Shown: positions 40,501-49,927 of the stretch, piece after piece | Numbering within the stretch: position 1 is the stretch's first letter | Layout of the letters: each line of letters begins with the position of its first letter | Source: an uncultured delta proteobacterium | GTDB lineage: Bacteria; Desulfobacterota; Binatia; Binatales; Binataceae | Direction: 5' to 3' | Length of the DNA stretch: 64,000 nt | Assembly (NCBI GenBank): GCA_963774705.1 | Contig: CAVZFW010000004.1 | Span: 3,793-67,792, forward strand | Translations under genes and position numbers: made by a program | Notes under the pieces: model-generated | What the model was told of the DNA's origin: nothing | Databases searched by the model: none | What the model saw: the letters and a program-made list of their open reading frames with translations, nothing else

Positions 40501-41733
40501 ATGGCTGATAATCAGGCTAATCTTCCGCTGGCGGGAATTCGGGTGCTCGATTTCACGTGGGCATGGGCGGGGCCGTTCTGCACGATGCAACTGGCGCATC
40601 TCGGCGCCGAAGTAATTCGCGTCGAGACTACGGCGCGGCCGGCATGCGTCACGCGGCTGATACCGCCGTTCGCCGACGACGTCGCGGGGCCGAATCGCGC
40701 GGGGTACTTCAATCAATACAACCAGGGCAAAAAGGCGATCACGCTGAACCTGACCAAGCCCGAGGCGATCGAGATCGCGCTCGCACTGGCGAAGCATGCG
40801 GATATCGTCGCGGACAATTACGCGGCGGGCGTTATGGACAAGCTCGGCCTCGGTTACGACAGACTGCGCACGGTCAAGCCGGACGTCATCATGATTTCGA
40901 TGTCGGGTTACGGGCAGACGGGGCCGTACAAGGGTTTCGTCGGTTACGGGCCACCGGCGTCGGCGGCATGCGGGATGTTTTTCGCGACCGGTTACGAAGG
41001 CGGCGACCCGGGCGAGATCGGGGTGTCGTACGCGGATCCGAACGCGGGGATTTTCGGGGCGTTCGCGATCATGACGGCGCTGACGCATCGGGCGATGACC
41101 GGCGAGGGCCAGTATATCGATCAATCGCAACTCGAAACCGCGCTGGTGCTGATGCCGGAGGGCCTATTGCAATATGATCTGGCGAAGCGCGAGCCGGAAC
41201 GCCACGGGAATCACGACGTCGTGATGGCGCCGCACGATTGCTACAAGGCGGCGGGCGACGACGAGAAGTGGGTGTCGATCGCGGTCGGCACCGAGGACGA
41301 ATGGGGCGCGCTGTGCGGGGCGATTGGGCAGCCGCAGCTCGCGGGCGATGCGCGATTCAAGACGGCGGCGCTGCGCAAAAAGAACGAGACGGCGCTCGAC
41401 GAAATCATCACGGCGTGGACCAAGGGGCGCGATCGGTGGGAAAGCACGCGAATCCTGCAGGCGGTGGGCGTCGCGGCGTTTCCGTCGATGGGCAACAAGG
41501 ACCTCGCGGAAGATCCGCATCTCACCAAACGGGGTTACCTGGTGCAGCTCGAACATCCGGAGGTCGGCAAGCGGGTCCATGCGGGCATTCCATGGAAGAT
41601 GTCGGGGACGCCATGTGCGGTGCGCAAGGCCGCGCCGATGCGCGGGGCCGACACGGAGGATGTGCTCAAATCTCTGTTGGGGTTCACCAGTGATCGCATC
41701 GAGCAGTTGCGCAAGACCGAGGTGCTCATCTGA
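40501..41733 (+). CDS. Family III CoA-transferase (second paralogue)
   Basis: LAGIRVLDFTWAWAGPFCTMQLAHLGAEVIRVE. 410 aa intact. Confidence 0.85.
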   Translation: MADNQANLPLAGIRVLDFTWAWAGPFCTMQLAHLGAEVIRVETTARPACVTRLIPPFADDVAGPNRAGYFNQYNQGKKAITLNLTKPEAIEIALALAKHADIVADNYAAGVMDKLGLGYDRLRTVKPDVIMISMSGYGQTGPYKGFVGYGPPASAACGMFFATGYEGGDPGEIGVSYADPNAGIFGAFAIMTALTHRAMTGEGQYIDQSQLETALVLMPEGLLQYDLAKREPERHGNHDVVMAPHDCYKAAGDDEKWVSIAVGTEDEWGALCGAIGQPQLAGDARFKTAALRKKNETALDEIITAWTKGRDRWESTRILQAVGVAAFPSMGNKDLAEDPHLTKRGYLVQLEHPEVGKRVHAGIPWKMSGTPCAVRKAAPMRGADTEDVLKSLLGFTSDRIEQLRKTEVLI

Positions 41734-41809
41734 TAGCGCGAGGAAGCGAGCTGCGAACCGCGATTGCCATAGATGATCCGGGACGCTCGCGAGGCCACGG
41801 AGGAAAGCG

Positions 41810-42961
41810 ATGAAGTCCGTGTTGTGTGAAACGCTGGGCATCGAGTTTCCGCTGTTTGCGTTCAGCCATTGTCGCAACGTGGTCGCGGCGGTGAGCCGCG
41901 CGGGCGGCTTCGGCGTACTGGGCGCGACGGGCTTTTCGCCGGACTCGCTCGAGCAGGAGCTGAAATGGCTCGACGATAATATCGGTGGCAAGCCTTACGG
42001 CGTTGACGTACTGATTCCCGAAAATATCGCGACCAAAGGTGAAAAGTCGCTGGGAATGGCGGCGCTCGCGGAGCGCATCCCACAACGGCATCGGGATTTC
42101 GTGCGCGAGCTACTGATCAAGTACGAGGTAGAGCCGCCGCCCCATCGTGAAGCGGAACCCAATGAACGCGGCGAGCGGCCGGGTCGCTTGAACCTGCAGG
42201 AAGACGCGGTGCTGGAGCTGCTGAAGGTCTCGTTTCGGCATCCGATAAAGCTGATTGCCAACGCGCTCGGCGTACCGCCGAAGTCGATGCTCGAGATGGG
42301 TCGTCAACACGGAGTGCCGGTCGCCGCGCTGATCGGCGCGAAGGAGCATGCGATTCGCCAGGTGCAGGCCGGCGTGGACATCATAATCGCGGAGGGGTGG
42401 GAAGCCGGCGGTCATTGCAGCGAGGTCTCGACGCTGGTGCTGATTCCCGAGGTGTTGCGCGCCATCAAACCGATACGCAACGTGCCGGTGCTGGCGGCAG
42501 GCGGTATCGCGACGGGGCGGCAGATGGCCGCGTGCATGGCGTTGGGGGCGGCGGGCGCGTGGACCGGATCGGTATGGCTCACGACGGCGGAGTCGGACGT
42601 TTCCGAGATCATCCGCGACAAGATGCTTGCGGCGACCTCGCGCGATACGGTGAGGTCGAAATGCCGCACCGGGAAATTCTCGCGCCAACTTAAGTCGGCG
42701 TGGACCGAGGCGTGGGAAGGCCCCGAGAGTCCGGGACCGCTGCCGATGCCATATCAAACCTTGCTCAGCGAACCGGCCCTGAGACTCGCGCTCAGCGCCG
42801 CCGAAAGAGGCAATAAAAAGGCCCGCGAACTCGTGACTTATTGGGTCGGCCAATGCGTGGGGTTGACCGACAGCGTAAAGTCAACGCGCGCGGTGGTGAC
42901 CGAGTTCATGGAGGATTACGCCGAGGCGGTCGGTGAACTGAATTCGTTGACCGAGGGATAG
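41810..42961 (+). CDS. Nitronate monooxygenase / 2-nitropropane dioxygenase-like FMN oxidoreductase
   Basis: LGIEFPLFAFSHCRNVVAAVSRAGGFGVLG and AAGGIATGRQMAACMALGAAG. TIM-barrel NMO family pattern. Confidence 0.8.
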   Translation: MKSVLCETLGIEFPLFAFSHCRNVVAAVSRAGGFGVLGATGFSPDSLEQELKWLDDNIGGKPYGVDVLIPENIATKGEKSLGMAALAERIPQRHRDFVRELLIKYEVEPPPHREAEPNERGERPGRLNLQEDAVLELLKVSFRHPIKLIANALGVPPKSMLEMGRQHGVPVAALIGAKEHAIRQVQAGVDIIIAEGWEAGGHCSEVSTLVLIPEVLRAIKPIRNVPVLAAGGIATGRQMAACMALGAAGAWTGSVWLTTAESDVSEIIRDKMLAATSRDTVRSKCRTGKFSRQLKSAWTEAWEGPESPGPLPMPYQTLLSEPALRLALSAAERGNKKARELVTYWVGQCVGLTDSVKSTRAVVTEFMEDYAEAVGELNSLTEG

Positions 42962-43089
42962 GGACCCGCGTTCTCCGCGGAACATCGAGCGCCGTTTTGC
43001 GAGCCGATCGGACAATTGCTCAATCGCTTCGATCGCTCAACGACCTTCCGTCTCGCAAGTCGAAGACCTGATCGGGGCGTCCGGCGCGC

Positions 43090-43590
43090 TCAACTCTCGT
43101 TGGTGCCGTTCTCGGCCGCGAGCAGGGTGTGAATCGTCACCAGCTTGCGCACCAGGTACGCGCGCTTACCTTTGGGCGTCTGCACTTCGATATCGTCGTC
43201 GCTGGCCTTGCCGATCAGCGCCTTGCCCAGCGGTGACGACAACGAGATGCGGTTCTGCGCGCCGTCAACTTCCTCGGGCACGACGATTTCGTATTCGGCC
43301 AGCCCGCCCTCGTCGAGGTCTTCGAGTTCGACTTTGCTGCCGAGCCCAACGGTATCGCGCGGGATCGATTCAATATTGATCATCGAGAGTTCGGCGACCC
43401 GGGCCTCGAGGTTGTTGAGCCGCGCGCGCAGAAATTCCTGACGCTGCTTGGCCATCGCCCATTCGGCGTTCTCCGAGAGGTCGCCGTGAGCGCGCGCTCG
43501 TTCGAGCTCTTTGGGCAGCTCGACGTTGAGTTCGCGCTTGAGCGTTTCGACCTCTTTGCGCAGCCGCTTGACGACCGGTAATTCAGCCAT
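43090..43590 (-). CDS. greA: Transcription elongation factor GreA
   Basis: GDLSENAEW motif, a coiled-coil N-terminal domain, and C-terminal SLSSPLGKALIGK. Confidence 0.93.
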   Translation of the reverse strand: MAELPVVKRLRKEVETLKRELNVELPKELERARAHGDLSENAEWAMAKQRQEFLRARLNNLEARVAELSMINIESIPRDTVGLGSKVELEDLDEGGLAEYEIVVPEEVDGAQNRISLSSPLGKALIGKASDDDIEVQTPKGKRAYLVRKLVTIHTLLAAENGTNES

Positions 43591-43685
43591 TGGCGTCTAA
43601 ACTCCGCTCCCCGCCTCGAATCTCCACGCTTGCGATGAATGCCATGAATTCAACCTCGACTCGCCCGACGCAAGATCAATCGCGC

Positions 43686-43919
43686 TTAGTCCGCGACGAT
43701 CGAAGTCAGGCTGCGATTGACGCCGACGACGCTCTGGATCTTCTGCACGATCAGCTCGCCCAGCGCCGAGACGTCGGGCGCTGCAATTTCCGCGATGATA
43801 TCGTGCGGACCGGTCACCGAATGGGCGGCCGATACACCCGGCACCTGGCGCAATTTCAACGCCACTTCCTTGGCCTTACCGGGAGAAGTGTCAATCAGGA
43901 TGTACGCATGTACCGCCAT
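43686..43919 (-). CDS. Lrp/AsnC ligand-binding-domain-only protein
   Basis: 77 aa. MAVHAYILIDTSPGKAKEVALKLRQVPGV...VTGPHDIIAEI is typical of the stand-alone AsnC_trans_reg domain. Confidence 0.7.
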   Translation of the reverse strand: MAVHAYILIDTSPGKAKEVALKLRQVPGVSAAHSVTGPHDIIAEIAAPDVSALGELIVQKIQSVVGVNRSLTSIVAD

Positions 43920-43964
43920 TTGAGTCCCTCCTTGGTGATGGCCATGACGCGCCGCCGATAGGTG

Positions 43965-44855
43965 CTACCGGCCGTGCGCGGCAGGCGGCGTCGGATTTCC
44001 CTGCGCGTCGTAAATGTAAAAGCCACGGCCGGCCTTGCGTCCCAGATAGCCGGCGTCAACGTACTTCTTGAGCAGCGGGCAGGGCCGATACTTGTCGTCG
44101 CCGAACACTCGATGCATCACCTCCATGATCGCGAGGCACGTGTCGAGGCCGATCAGGTCGGCGAGTTCGAGCGGGCCCATCGGCTGGTTCGTGCCGAGCT
44201 TCATCGCGGTATCGATATCGGTGACTCCGCCGACGCCCTCATAGAGCGTATAGATGCCTTCGTTGATCATCGGCAGCAGGATTCGATTGACGATAAAGCC
44301 GGGGAAATCCTCGGCCGTCATCGTGTTCTTGCCGAGCCGCTCGGCCAACGTCCGCGTCGCCTCGAAGGTTTCCTGCGAAGTCGCCAGGCCGCGGATAATT
44401 TCGACCAGGCGCATCGCGGGCACCGGGTTCATAAAGTGCATCCCGATAAAGCGATCGGCGCGAGTGGTGCGCGCCCCCATCCGGGTAATCGAAATCGACG
44501 AGGTGTTGGACGCGAAAATTACATGCGGCGGGCAGACCTTGTCGAGTTTCTGAAAGAGCGCGATCTTGGCATCCTCGTTTTCGACCACCGCCTCGATTAC
44601 GAAATCGGTGTCCTTGAGATCTTCGAGCTTGGCCGTCGTATCGATCCGCCGCATTATGCGATCGCGTTCGTCGGGCTTGAAGCGGCCGCGCTGAATCATG
44701 CGGTCGAGGTTGCGCCCCACGCTTTCGAGCCCATGGGCGACGAAATCTTCTGAAATATCGTTGAGCAGTACTTTAACGCCAGCCTGTGCCGCGACCTGCG
44801 CGACGCCCGCCCCCATCTGCCCTGCTCCAATAACCCCGACTGTCCCGATGCTCAT
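43965..44855 (-). CDS. hbd: 3-hydroxybutyryl-CoA dehydrogenase
   Basis: VGVIGAGQMGAGVAQ, SNTSSISIT, GMHFMNPVP, PGFIVNRIL. ATG 44855 has a GGAGGG RBS; the track ORF extends to 44918. Confidence 0.9.
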   Translation of the reverse strand: MSIGTVGVIGAGQMGAGVAQVAAQAGVKVLLNDISEDFVAHGLESVGRNLDRMIQRGRFKPDERDRIMRRIDTTAKLEDLKDTDFVIEAVVENEDAKIALFQKLDKVCPPHVIFASNTSSISITRMGARTTRADRFIGMHFMNPVPAMRLVEIIRGLATSQETFEATRTLAERLGKNTMTAEDFPGFIVNRILLPMINEGIYTLYEGVGGVTDIDTAMKLGTNQPMGPLELADLIGLDTCLAIMEVMHRVFGDDKYRPCPLLKKYVDAGYLGRKAGRGFYIYDAQGNPTPPAAHGR

Positions 44856-45086
44856 CCACGCCCTCCACAAAAATTCGTATACAAAGCCGATCCAGTTGGC
44901 TGCGACCGCTATGAGCAAAATTGCGGCTCCCAGAAAGGCGACGAAGCGGGGGCGCGCATCGCCACCTCGCTTCAGTATTCGAAGTTACACCCTGCCCAAA
45001 TAGGCGGCAAGGGTAACCTCTCCTCTTTTAGAAAACGCGATTCGGGGTCGCCCAAACTAGTCGGTTAACGCCTGACGGTGAAGTGT

Positions 45087-45167
45087 AAGAGTCCCAATTT
45101 TTGCGCACCTGGCACAGACACGCAGCTCACAGAGTCTTGTCAGATCGGCTCCACTGCGCTCGCCTGG
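45087..45167 (+). repeat. Partial copy of the mosaic repeat (internal module only)
   Basis: aagagtcccaatttttgcgcacctggcacagacacgcagctcacagagtcttgtcagatcggctccactgcgctcgcctgg aligns with the internal part of copy 3 (aagagtctaatttttgcgcacctcgcgcagctcacagagctcgttagctcggctcgcaagctcgcctag). It lacks the CTGAAACC/GGTTTCAG arms. Confidence 0.6.
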
Positions 45168-45169
45168 TC

Positions 45170-45199
45170 TTGACATTTTTGGGGTGTCCGGTCTAATCT
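45170..45199 (+). promoter_or_regulatory. Sigma-70-like promoter for the FTR1 gene
   Basis: TTGACA at 45170-45175, then a 17-18 nt spacer, then cTAATCT (45193-45199). Confidence 0.5.
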
Positions 45200-45205
45200 T
45201 AAAAC

Positions 45206-45220
45206 TGAGAATCATTCTCA
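45206..45220 (+). promoter_or_regulatory. Fur box (7-1-7 palindrome)
   Basis: TGAGAATCATTCTCA is a perfect palindrome matching the TGATAATnATTATCA consensus at 13/15 positions. It lies just downstream of the putative -10 and 43 nt before the FTR1 ATG. Confidence 0.7.
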
Positions 45221-45262
45221 ATTAGAACTGGCGATTGGACCGGAGTGTTGGACAGCTAGCAG

Positions 45263-46123
45263 ATGGAAACCACTTCCACCGTCATCCCGTATTTTCTCTA
45301 TTCAAGCGGGATACTCCTGCGTGAGGGCTTCGAGGCGCTCCTCGTGATTCTGGCGCTGGTGGCAAGTACGCATGAAGCCGGACAGGATTCGCGCACGCGC
45401 GACATCTATGCGGGCGGATTGCTGGCGATTGGCGTCAGTCTCGTGCTGGCGTGGGCGGTGAATCATTTTATTGGCGACAACACGAGCGACACGCTCGAGG
45501 GTATTTTCCAACTGACTGCGGCCGCGACGCTGTTTTATGTCAGCTCATGGCTGACTGCGAAGGGCCAGGCGCAGCAGTGGAATAGTTTCATAAAGGCCCA
45601 GATCGATGCGGCGAAGCGCAGTAAGGGACCCTCGATAGCGCTCGGTCTCACGGCATTCCTCGCGGTGATGCGCGAGGGCGCCGAGACCATCGTATTTTTT
45701 CAGGCGCTGATCGCGGGCGCGACGGAGCGCGCGGAGCAGCATGCAGTGATGGCTGGGGTAGTTGCGGGGGCGATCGGACTTGCGGTGGTTTTTATCTTCC
45801 TACGCAACCTAATCAGCCGTATCCCGATTGGCGCCTTCTTTACGACGACCTCAGTCCTGCTGTATGCGCTCGCAGTGGTTTTTGTCGGCCAGGGGATCGC
45901 GAGCTTTCAGGAATCGGGCGTGGTCGGAGCGACGTTCATCAACCATCTACCGACACTGCCGATGATCGGATTTTTCCCGACCATTCAGACTATCGCCGGG
46001 CAGGCGATTCTGATTCTGCTGGCGGCTGCAGCCGCGATCGTGCCGCTGGTGCGAAAGGCCGGTGCGGCGTCGTCGGGGTCTGCGCGTCAGGGAACACCAC
46101 AGGCACATCAGCGAGTCAGCTGA
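45263..46123 (+). CDS. FTR1-family high-affinity iron permease
   Basis: Two REXXE motifs (REGFEAL and REGAETI) in a protein with 6-7 TM segments. Confidence 0.85.
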   Translation: METTSTVIPYFLYSSGILLREGFEALLVILALVASTHEAGQDSRTRDIYAGGLLAIGVSLVLAWAVNHFIGDNTSDTLEGIFQLTAAATLFYVSSWLTAKGQAQQWNSFIKAQIDAAKRSKGPSIALGLTAFLAVMREGAETIVFFQALIAGATERAEQHAVMAGVVAGAIGLAVVFIFLRNLISRIPIGAFFTTTSVLLYALAVVFVGQGIASFQESGVVGATFINHLPTLPMIGFFPTIQTIAGQAILILLAAAAAIVPLVRKAGAASSGSARQGTPQAHQRVS

Positions 46124-46262
46124 AGCTTCGAGGCCGGGTTCTCCCTTATCCAGCATATTGAGGCGTCGTCGGGAGCACTGGGTTGGGCTTGCGCCGGGGC
46201 AGTCGAACCAGTAGCTAAATCGAGGCTGGTGCACCAACGATTACGCGCGCATACCCTCCCAG

Positions 46263-47021
46263 ATGGAAGAAAACGCCTCCGCCCCAGAGATTACACTGCG
46301 CCCCCGAATTGGCATCCTCCGGTCGTTATGGGGCATCGTCGCGACCTTCCTGTCGTTAATCTACACGGTTATCTTTGCGCCACCGTCGGCGCTCGGATCG
46401 CTCTTCGCCAACGGCCATGCAGCAACGCCGATCATCCGCGCCTGGAGCTGGTGCATCATCCGCACCTGCGGCGTGCGGGTCGAGATGGAAGGGCTCGAAA
46501 ATCTGCGCGGAATCGGCCCGTGCGTTATTGTTTCGAACCATCAGAGCCTGTTCGACATCCTCGCTTCAATTCTGATGCTGCCGGGCGAGGTGCGCTTCGT
46601 AGCGAAAAAAGAGCTGCTGAAGATTCCGCTGATCGGGTTCATATTGCACAAGTCGGAAAATATCGTGATTGACCGCGAGGCGGGCGGCAAGGCGATTCGC
46701 CGGGCGCGCGAAGTGATACGTCACGGCTATTCGATCTGCGTTTTCGCCGAGGGCCATCGGTTCAACGACAATCGCGTCCATGAGTTCAGCGACGGCGCCG
46801 CGTGGCTCGCGATCCTGAACAAGCTGCCGTGCGTGCCGATGGCGATCAGCGGGACGCCGAAGATGATGCCGCGCGGAGCAAAGTTCGTCGTTCCGGGGCA
46901 GCGCATGCGGATGAAGCTCGGCGCGCCGATTCCGACAAGCGGACTCAGAAGCGCAGACCGCGCCGAACTTACCCGCCAGCTTGAAGCGGCCGTCCGAGCG
47001 GCCTTCAGTTCTGAAGTCTAG
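46263..47021 (+). CDS. plsC: 1-acyl-sn-glycerol-3-phosphate acyltransferase
   Basis: The HX4D motif VSNHQSLFD, plus FAEGHR and a PMAISG-type block. Confidence 0.85.
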   Translation: MEENASAPEITLRPRIGILRSLWGIVATFLSLIYTVIFAPPSALGSLFANGHAATPIIRAWSWCIIRTCGVRVEMEGLENLRGIGPCVIVSNHQSLFDILASILMLPGEVRFVAKKELLKIPLIGFILHKSENIVIDREAGGKAIRRAREVIRHGYSICVFAEGHRFNDNRVHEFSDGAAWLAILNKLPCVPMAISGTPKMMPRGAKFVVPGQRMRMKLGAPIPTSGLRSADRAELTRQLEAAVRAAFSSEV

Positions 47022-47044
47022 GCAGCGCCCTACCCTTTCATCGA

Positions 47045-47551
47045 TCAGCGATGGGACGATCCATGGCCGCCGAATGCGGCGGCGCCACCGCTATGGAATC
47101 CGCTTCCGTTAACACCGGCGGTGCGGACGCCCTCGGCGTCCCGTGTCGCGGTCAGCGGTCGAGGTGCGGCCAATGGACGCGGAACGATCGGCGAGGGCCG
47201 ATGGCTGCGGTGTGGGCCGCAGTAGCCATCATCGCAATCGTGGTCATTATCGCCCGCGTAATTCCGATAATAGTAGTACGGCTGCGGATACCAGTAGCCG
47301 TAGAGCAGCGGATCATAGGGCCCGAAAGCATTCGGATCGTTGTAGCTATAGGCGGTGTAATCGGAGGCGTTGCCGTAGGTGAGCTCAGAATTCCGCCGTG
47401 ACAAATCCGCACATCCGGATGAGACCAGCGTCAGGATGAAGAGAAGGCCGGCAGCGCCGCCTAAATTCAACAAGTGCAGCCGGTACGTCGGGAGCGAAGA
47501 TTCCGCGCGCAGCGTGCCGAGAAAACCCATCAGCAAACCGATACGACGCAT
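47045..47551 (-). CDS. Putative lipoprotein, Tyr/Pro/Asp-rich
   Basis: Lipobox LTLVSSGC after a hydrophobic segment, then a low-complexity region YGYWYPQPYYYYRNYAGDNDHDCDDGYC. The start is uncertain. Confidence 0.45.
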   Translation of the reverse strand: MRRIGLLMGFLGTLRAESSLPTYRLHLLNLGGAAGLLFILTLVSSGCADLSRRNSELTYGNASDYTAYSYNDPNAFGPYDPLLYGYWYPQPYYYYRNYAGDNDHDCDDGYCGPHRSHRPSPIVPRPLAAPRPLTATRDAEGVRTAGVNGSGFHSGGAAAFGGHGSSHR

Positions 47552-47674
47552 GATCTGAGATTAGACCTTGAGATAAACCTCGGCAATCGCGTATTTCGCT
47601 CGCCAGCAGAAATCACGCGGTTTCGTTTACGGAAACGCGCGCAGGATCGCAGATGTCCGATGAAGCGGAGGCGG

Positions 47675-48043
47675 CTAAATGCGGCGGTCGAAAATGAAGA
47701 GCGGCACCAGGTTGGCCGCCTTGGGGTCAACTTCGAGGATGCGCCGATCGCCCTCGTGACGGATCGGACGATGGGCGAGCGATGCACGATCCAGCGCAGC
47801 GCCGACCTCATCGACGTCGTCAGCCTCGAGCCATACGGCGGCTAAGCCTTCGCCGTTCGCCGCGATGAAGCTGGCGGCGATGGCGTCCGCGCGCAAGCGA
47901 ATCTCGGCGTCGCCGACGCTCACGATAGCGGTATCGGATTCCGTTTCGCGTCGCACCGCAAAACCGAAGTTGCGTTCGTATCTGGCGGCCGCGTCGGCAA
48001 GGTCCGAGGTCGCGACGTCGAGGCGGTCGAAGCGTTTGATCAT
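47675..48043 (-). CDS. VOC/glyoxalase-fold protein
   Basis: MIKRFDRLDVATSDLADAAARYERNFGF... The ATG at 48043 overlaps the upstream stop (ATGA). Confidence 0.6.
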   Translation of the reverse strand: MIKRFDRLDVATSDLADAAARYERNFGFAVRRETESDTAIVSVGDAEIRLRADAIAASFIAANGEGLAAVWLEADDVDEVGAALDRASLAHRPIRHEGDRRILEVDPKAANLVPLFIFDRRI

Positions 48044-48777
48044 CGGCGCAATTCTAATTGCTTCTTGGGCTTCATCGAAAAGTCGGCAGCGGTCGATTTG
48101 CCAGCCGCCACTGTGACTCTGCGCGTCATCGTGCCGAGCTTTTCCTGCCATACCTGCAGCGTATAGGTTCCCGGCGGCACGTTCGCGATGGAGAAGCAGC
48201 CGCTCGCATCGGTAACCGCGTAATACGGATTACCGACGACGTACCACCATCCCTCCATCCAGTTGTGCGCGTCGCAGGTGACGCGAATGGCCTCGGGTTT
48301 TGCGATCGTCACACTGATTGATTTCTTGAACCCCGGCTGTGCCATGTCAACGACCGGATTGATCGTCGATTCGGTGTGGACGCTATGCAAGATGCCGTCG
48401 GAGTTGAGTACCTTGACGGTGCTCCCCGCTGGAAATGCGATTACGTGCGGCTGATATTCGCAACCCTTCTGATCGAAGATCACGGCGCTCTCAGCCTTGA
48501 GCGGCGCGCCGCTGGCAATGTCGGTGATCGTCACCACGGCGTTGCGGATACCACCATCGCGGCCGACCGCGAGCGACTCATTGAGGATTGGATGGACGCC
48601 GCACACATCCTTGTCTTTGCCGATTGCGACAAGCGAAGGCGCCGGCGCGACACCGTCGAATTTGACGACGCCGGTCACGGTGCCGCCGTTGGTAATCGGC
48701 ATGGATTCATACGGAAAGGCGGCGGCGACAGGCAGCAGGATCGCGACCAGTAGACCTGCGAGGCCGAGCTTCCTCAT
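48040..48777 (-). CDS. Secreted cupredoxin-like protein with a predicted type-1 copper site and a CarboxypepD_reg-like C-terminal domain
   Basis: Signal peptide MRKLGLAGLLVAILLPVAAA. His in ILHSVH plus the loop C-D-A-H-N-W-M (C-X2-H-X2-M, as in amicyanin-type sites). C-terminal GCFSIANVPPGTYTLQVW. Confidence 0.6.
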   Translation of the reverse strand: MRKLGLAGLLVAILLPVAAAFPYESMPITNGGTVTGVVKFDGVAPAPSLVAIGKDKDVCGVHPILNESLAVGRDGGIRNAVVTITDIASGAPLKAESAVIFDQKGCEYQPHVIAFPAGSTVKVLNSDGILHSVHTESTINPVVDMAQPGFKKSISVTIAKPEAIRVTCDAHNWMEGWWYVVGNPYYAVTDASGCFSIANVPPGTYTLQVWQEKLGTMTRRVTVAAGKSTAADFSMKPKKQLELRR

Positions 48778-48807
48778 GGCGTTCCGAAGGACAAAAAGGG
48801 TCGTGCG

Positions 48808-49425
48808 CTATGCTTCTTTGCGAGCGATGACGCAATAGTGGACCGAGATCGGCGAGAAGCGCGAATTGCGCTCGACGGTGACGGGCAGTCCATCGAGGAC
48901 GTCGTTCGCGCGCAGTCGAGTGGTCCAACCGAGCCTCTTTGCGAGCGGGTTGACCGCGCGGCCGAAAGCATAGAGGAGCGGATTGGTGCTGGCAAAATGG
49001 GTGACGACGACGATGCGGCCGCCCGGCTTGCACACCCGGATCATCTCGGACATCATGCGGCGCGGATCGGGCACCACGGTCATGACGTGAAAGGTGAGCA
49101 CCCAGTCGAAGCTGTTGTCGGCGAACTCCAGCGCCTGCGCATCACCGGCTTGCAAATCGATGTGGTTCCATTTGTTCTCGCGAGTCTTGGCCACGGCGTG
49201 CGCGAGCATGCTGGTCGAAGGATCGATCCCGGTCAAATGAACGTACGGCGGGTACGCGTCGAGCGAAATTCCGGTGCCGACCCCGACCTCCAGGGCGCGC
49301 TGTCCCGGTCGAAACCCCAGGTCTTCGATCACCTCATGCTCGTGGTCCACGAAGACGCGGCCAAAGACGTGGTCATAGAGGTGGGCGAGATCGGAATAAA
49401 CGCGGCTTTCGTGCGGTTCGGCCAT
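48808..49425 (-). CDS. Class I SAM-dependent methyltransferase
   Basis: ALEVGVGTGISL (motif I), FDWVLTFHVM, GGRIVVV. ATG at 49425 verified. Confidence 0.8.
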   Translation of the reverse strand: MAEPHESRVYSDLAHLYDHVFGRVFVDHEHEVIEDLGFRPGQRALEVGVGTGISLDAYPPYVHLTGIDPSTSMLAHAVAKTRENKWNHIDLQAGDAQALEFADNSFDWVLTFHVMTVVPDPRRMMSEMIRVCKPGGRIVVVTHFASTNPLLYAFGRAVNPLAKRLGWTTRLRANDVLDGLPVTVERNSRFSPISVHYCVIARKEA

Positions 49426-49515
49426 CAATTCACACCATTCCCACCGAATGCGAGCGAGCTTCGGGCCGAGTCGCAGAAAAAATCCACTGCCACAGGCCAC
49501 CCCTCAACTTGCGAG

Positions 49516-49713
49516 TCACGCGGCTGCATTAACGCCGCGCATGTGTCTCTTGAACGAAGCGATGTCGCGCTTGCGAAAGCGCCATTGCCGGCCCTTCTTG
49601 AAGGCCGGGAGAATGTTGCGGCGCGCAAATTCGTTGACGGTGTCCGGGCTGAGGTCCAGCAGGAATGCAACCTCACGCGAGTTGAGCAGGATATCGTACT
49701 TGTCGGCCATCAT
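49516..49713 (-). CDS. Excisionase-family (MerR-like HTH_17) DNA-binding protein
   Basis: ILLNSREVAFLLDLSPDTVNEFARRNILPAFKKGRQWRFRKRDIASF. The start is uncertain; the track ORF runs to 49845. Confidence 0.55.
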   Translation of the reverse strand: MMADKYDILLNSREVAFLLDLSPDTVNEFARRNILPAFKKGRQWRFRKRDIASFKRHMRGVNAAA

Positions 49714-49927
49714 CCTTGTCGGCTCATCGCCGCCGGGCACGAAATATTGCGAATCGCGGACGCGCATTTCTAGTACGGCCCCTCCGGGCAAGTCAACGCA
49801 TTGTGACAAATCCTGTTGATAAGCGCTACGAAAGTTACCGAACATTGTCTAGTTCGCTACTCGCGGGACCCGTTCACTCCCCGTCACCAAGCCAGCAGAT
49901 AAGCTCTGAATCCACCTCGTTTCGTGC

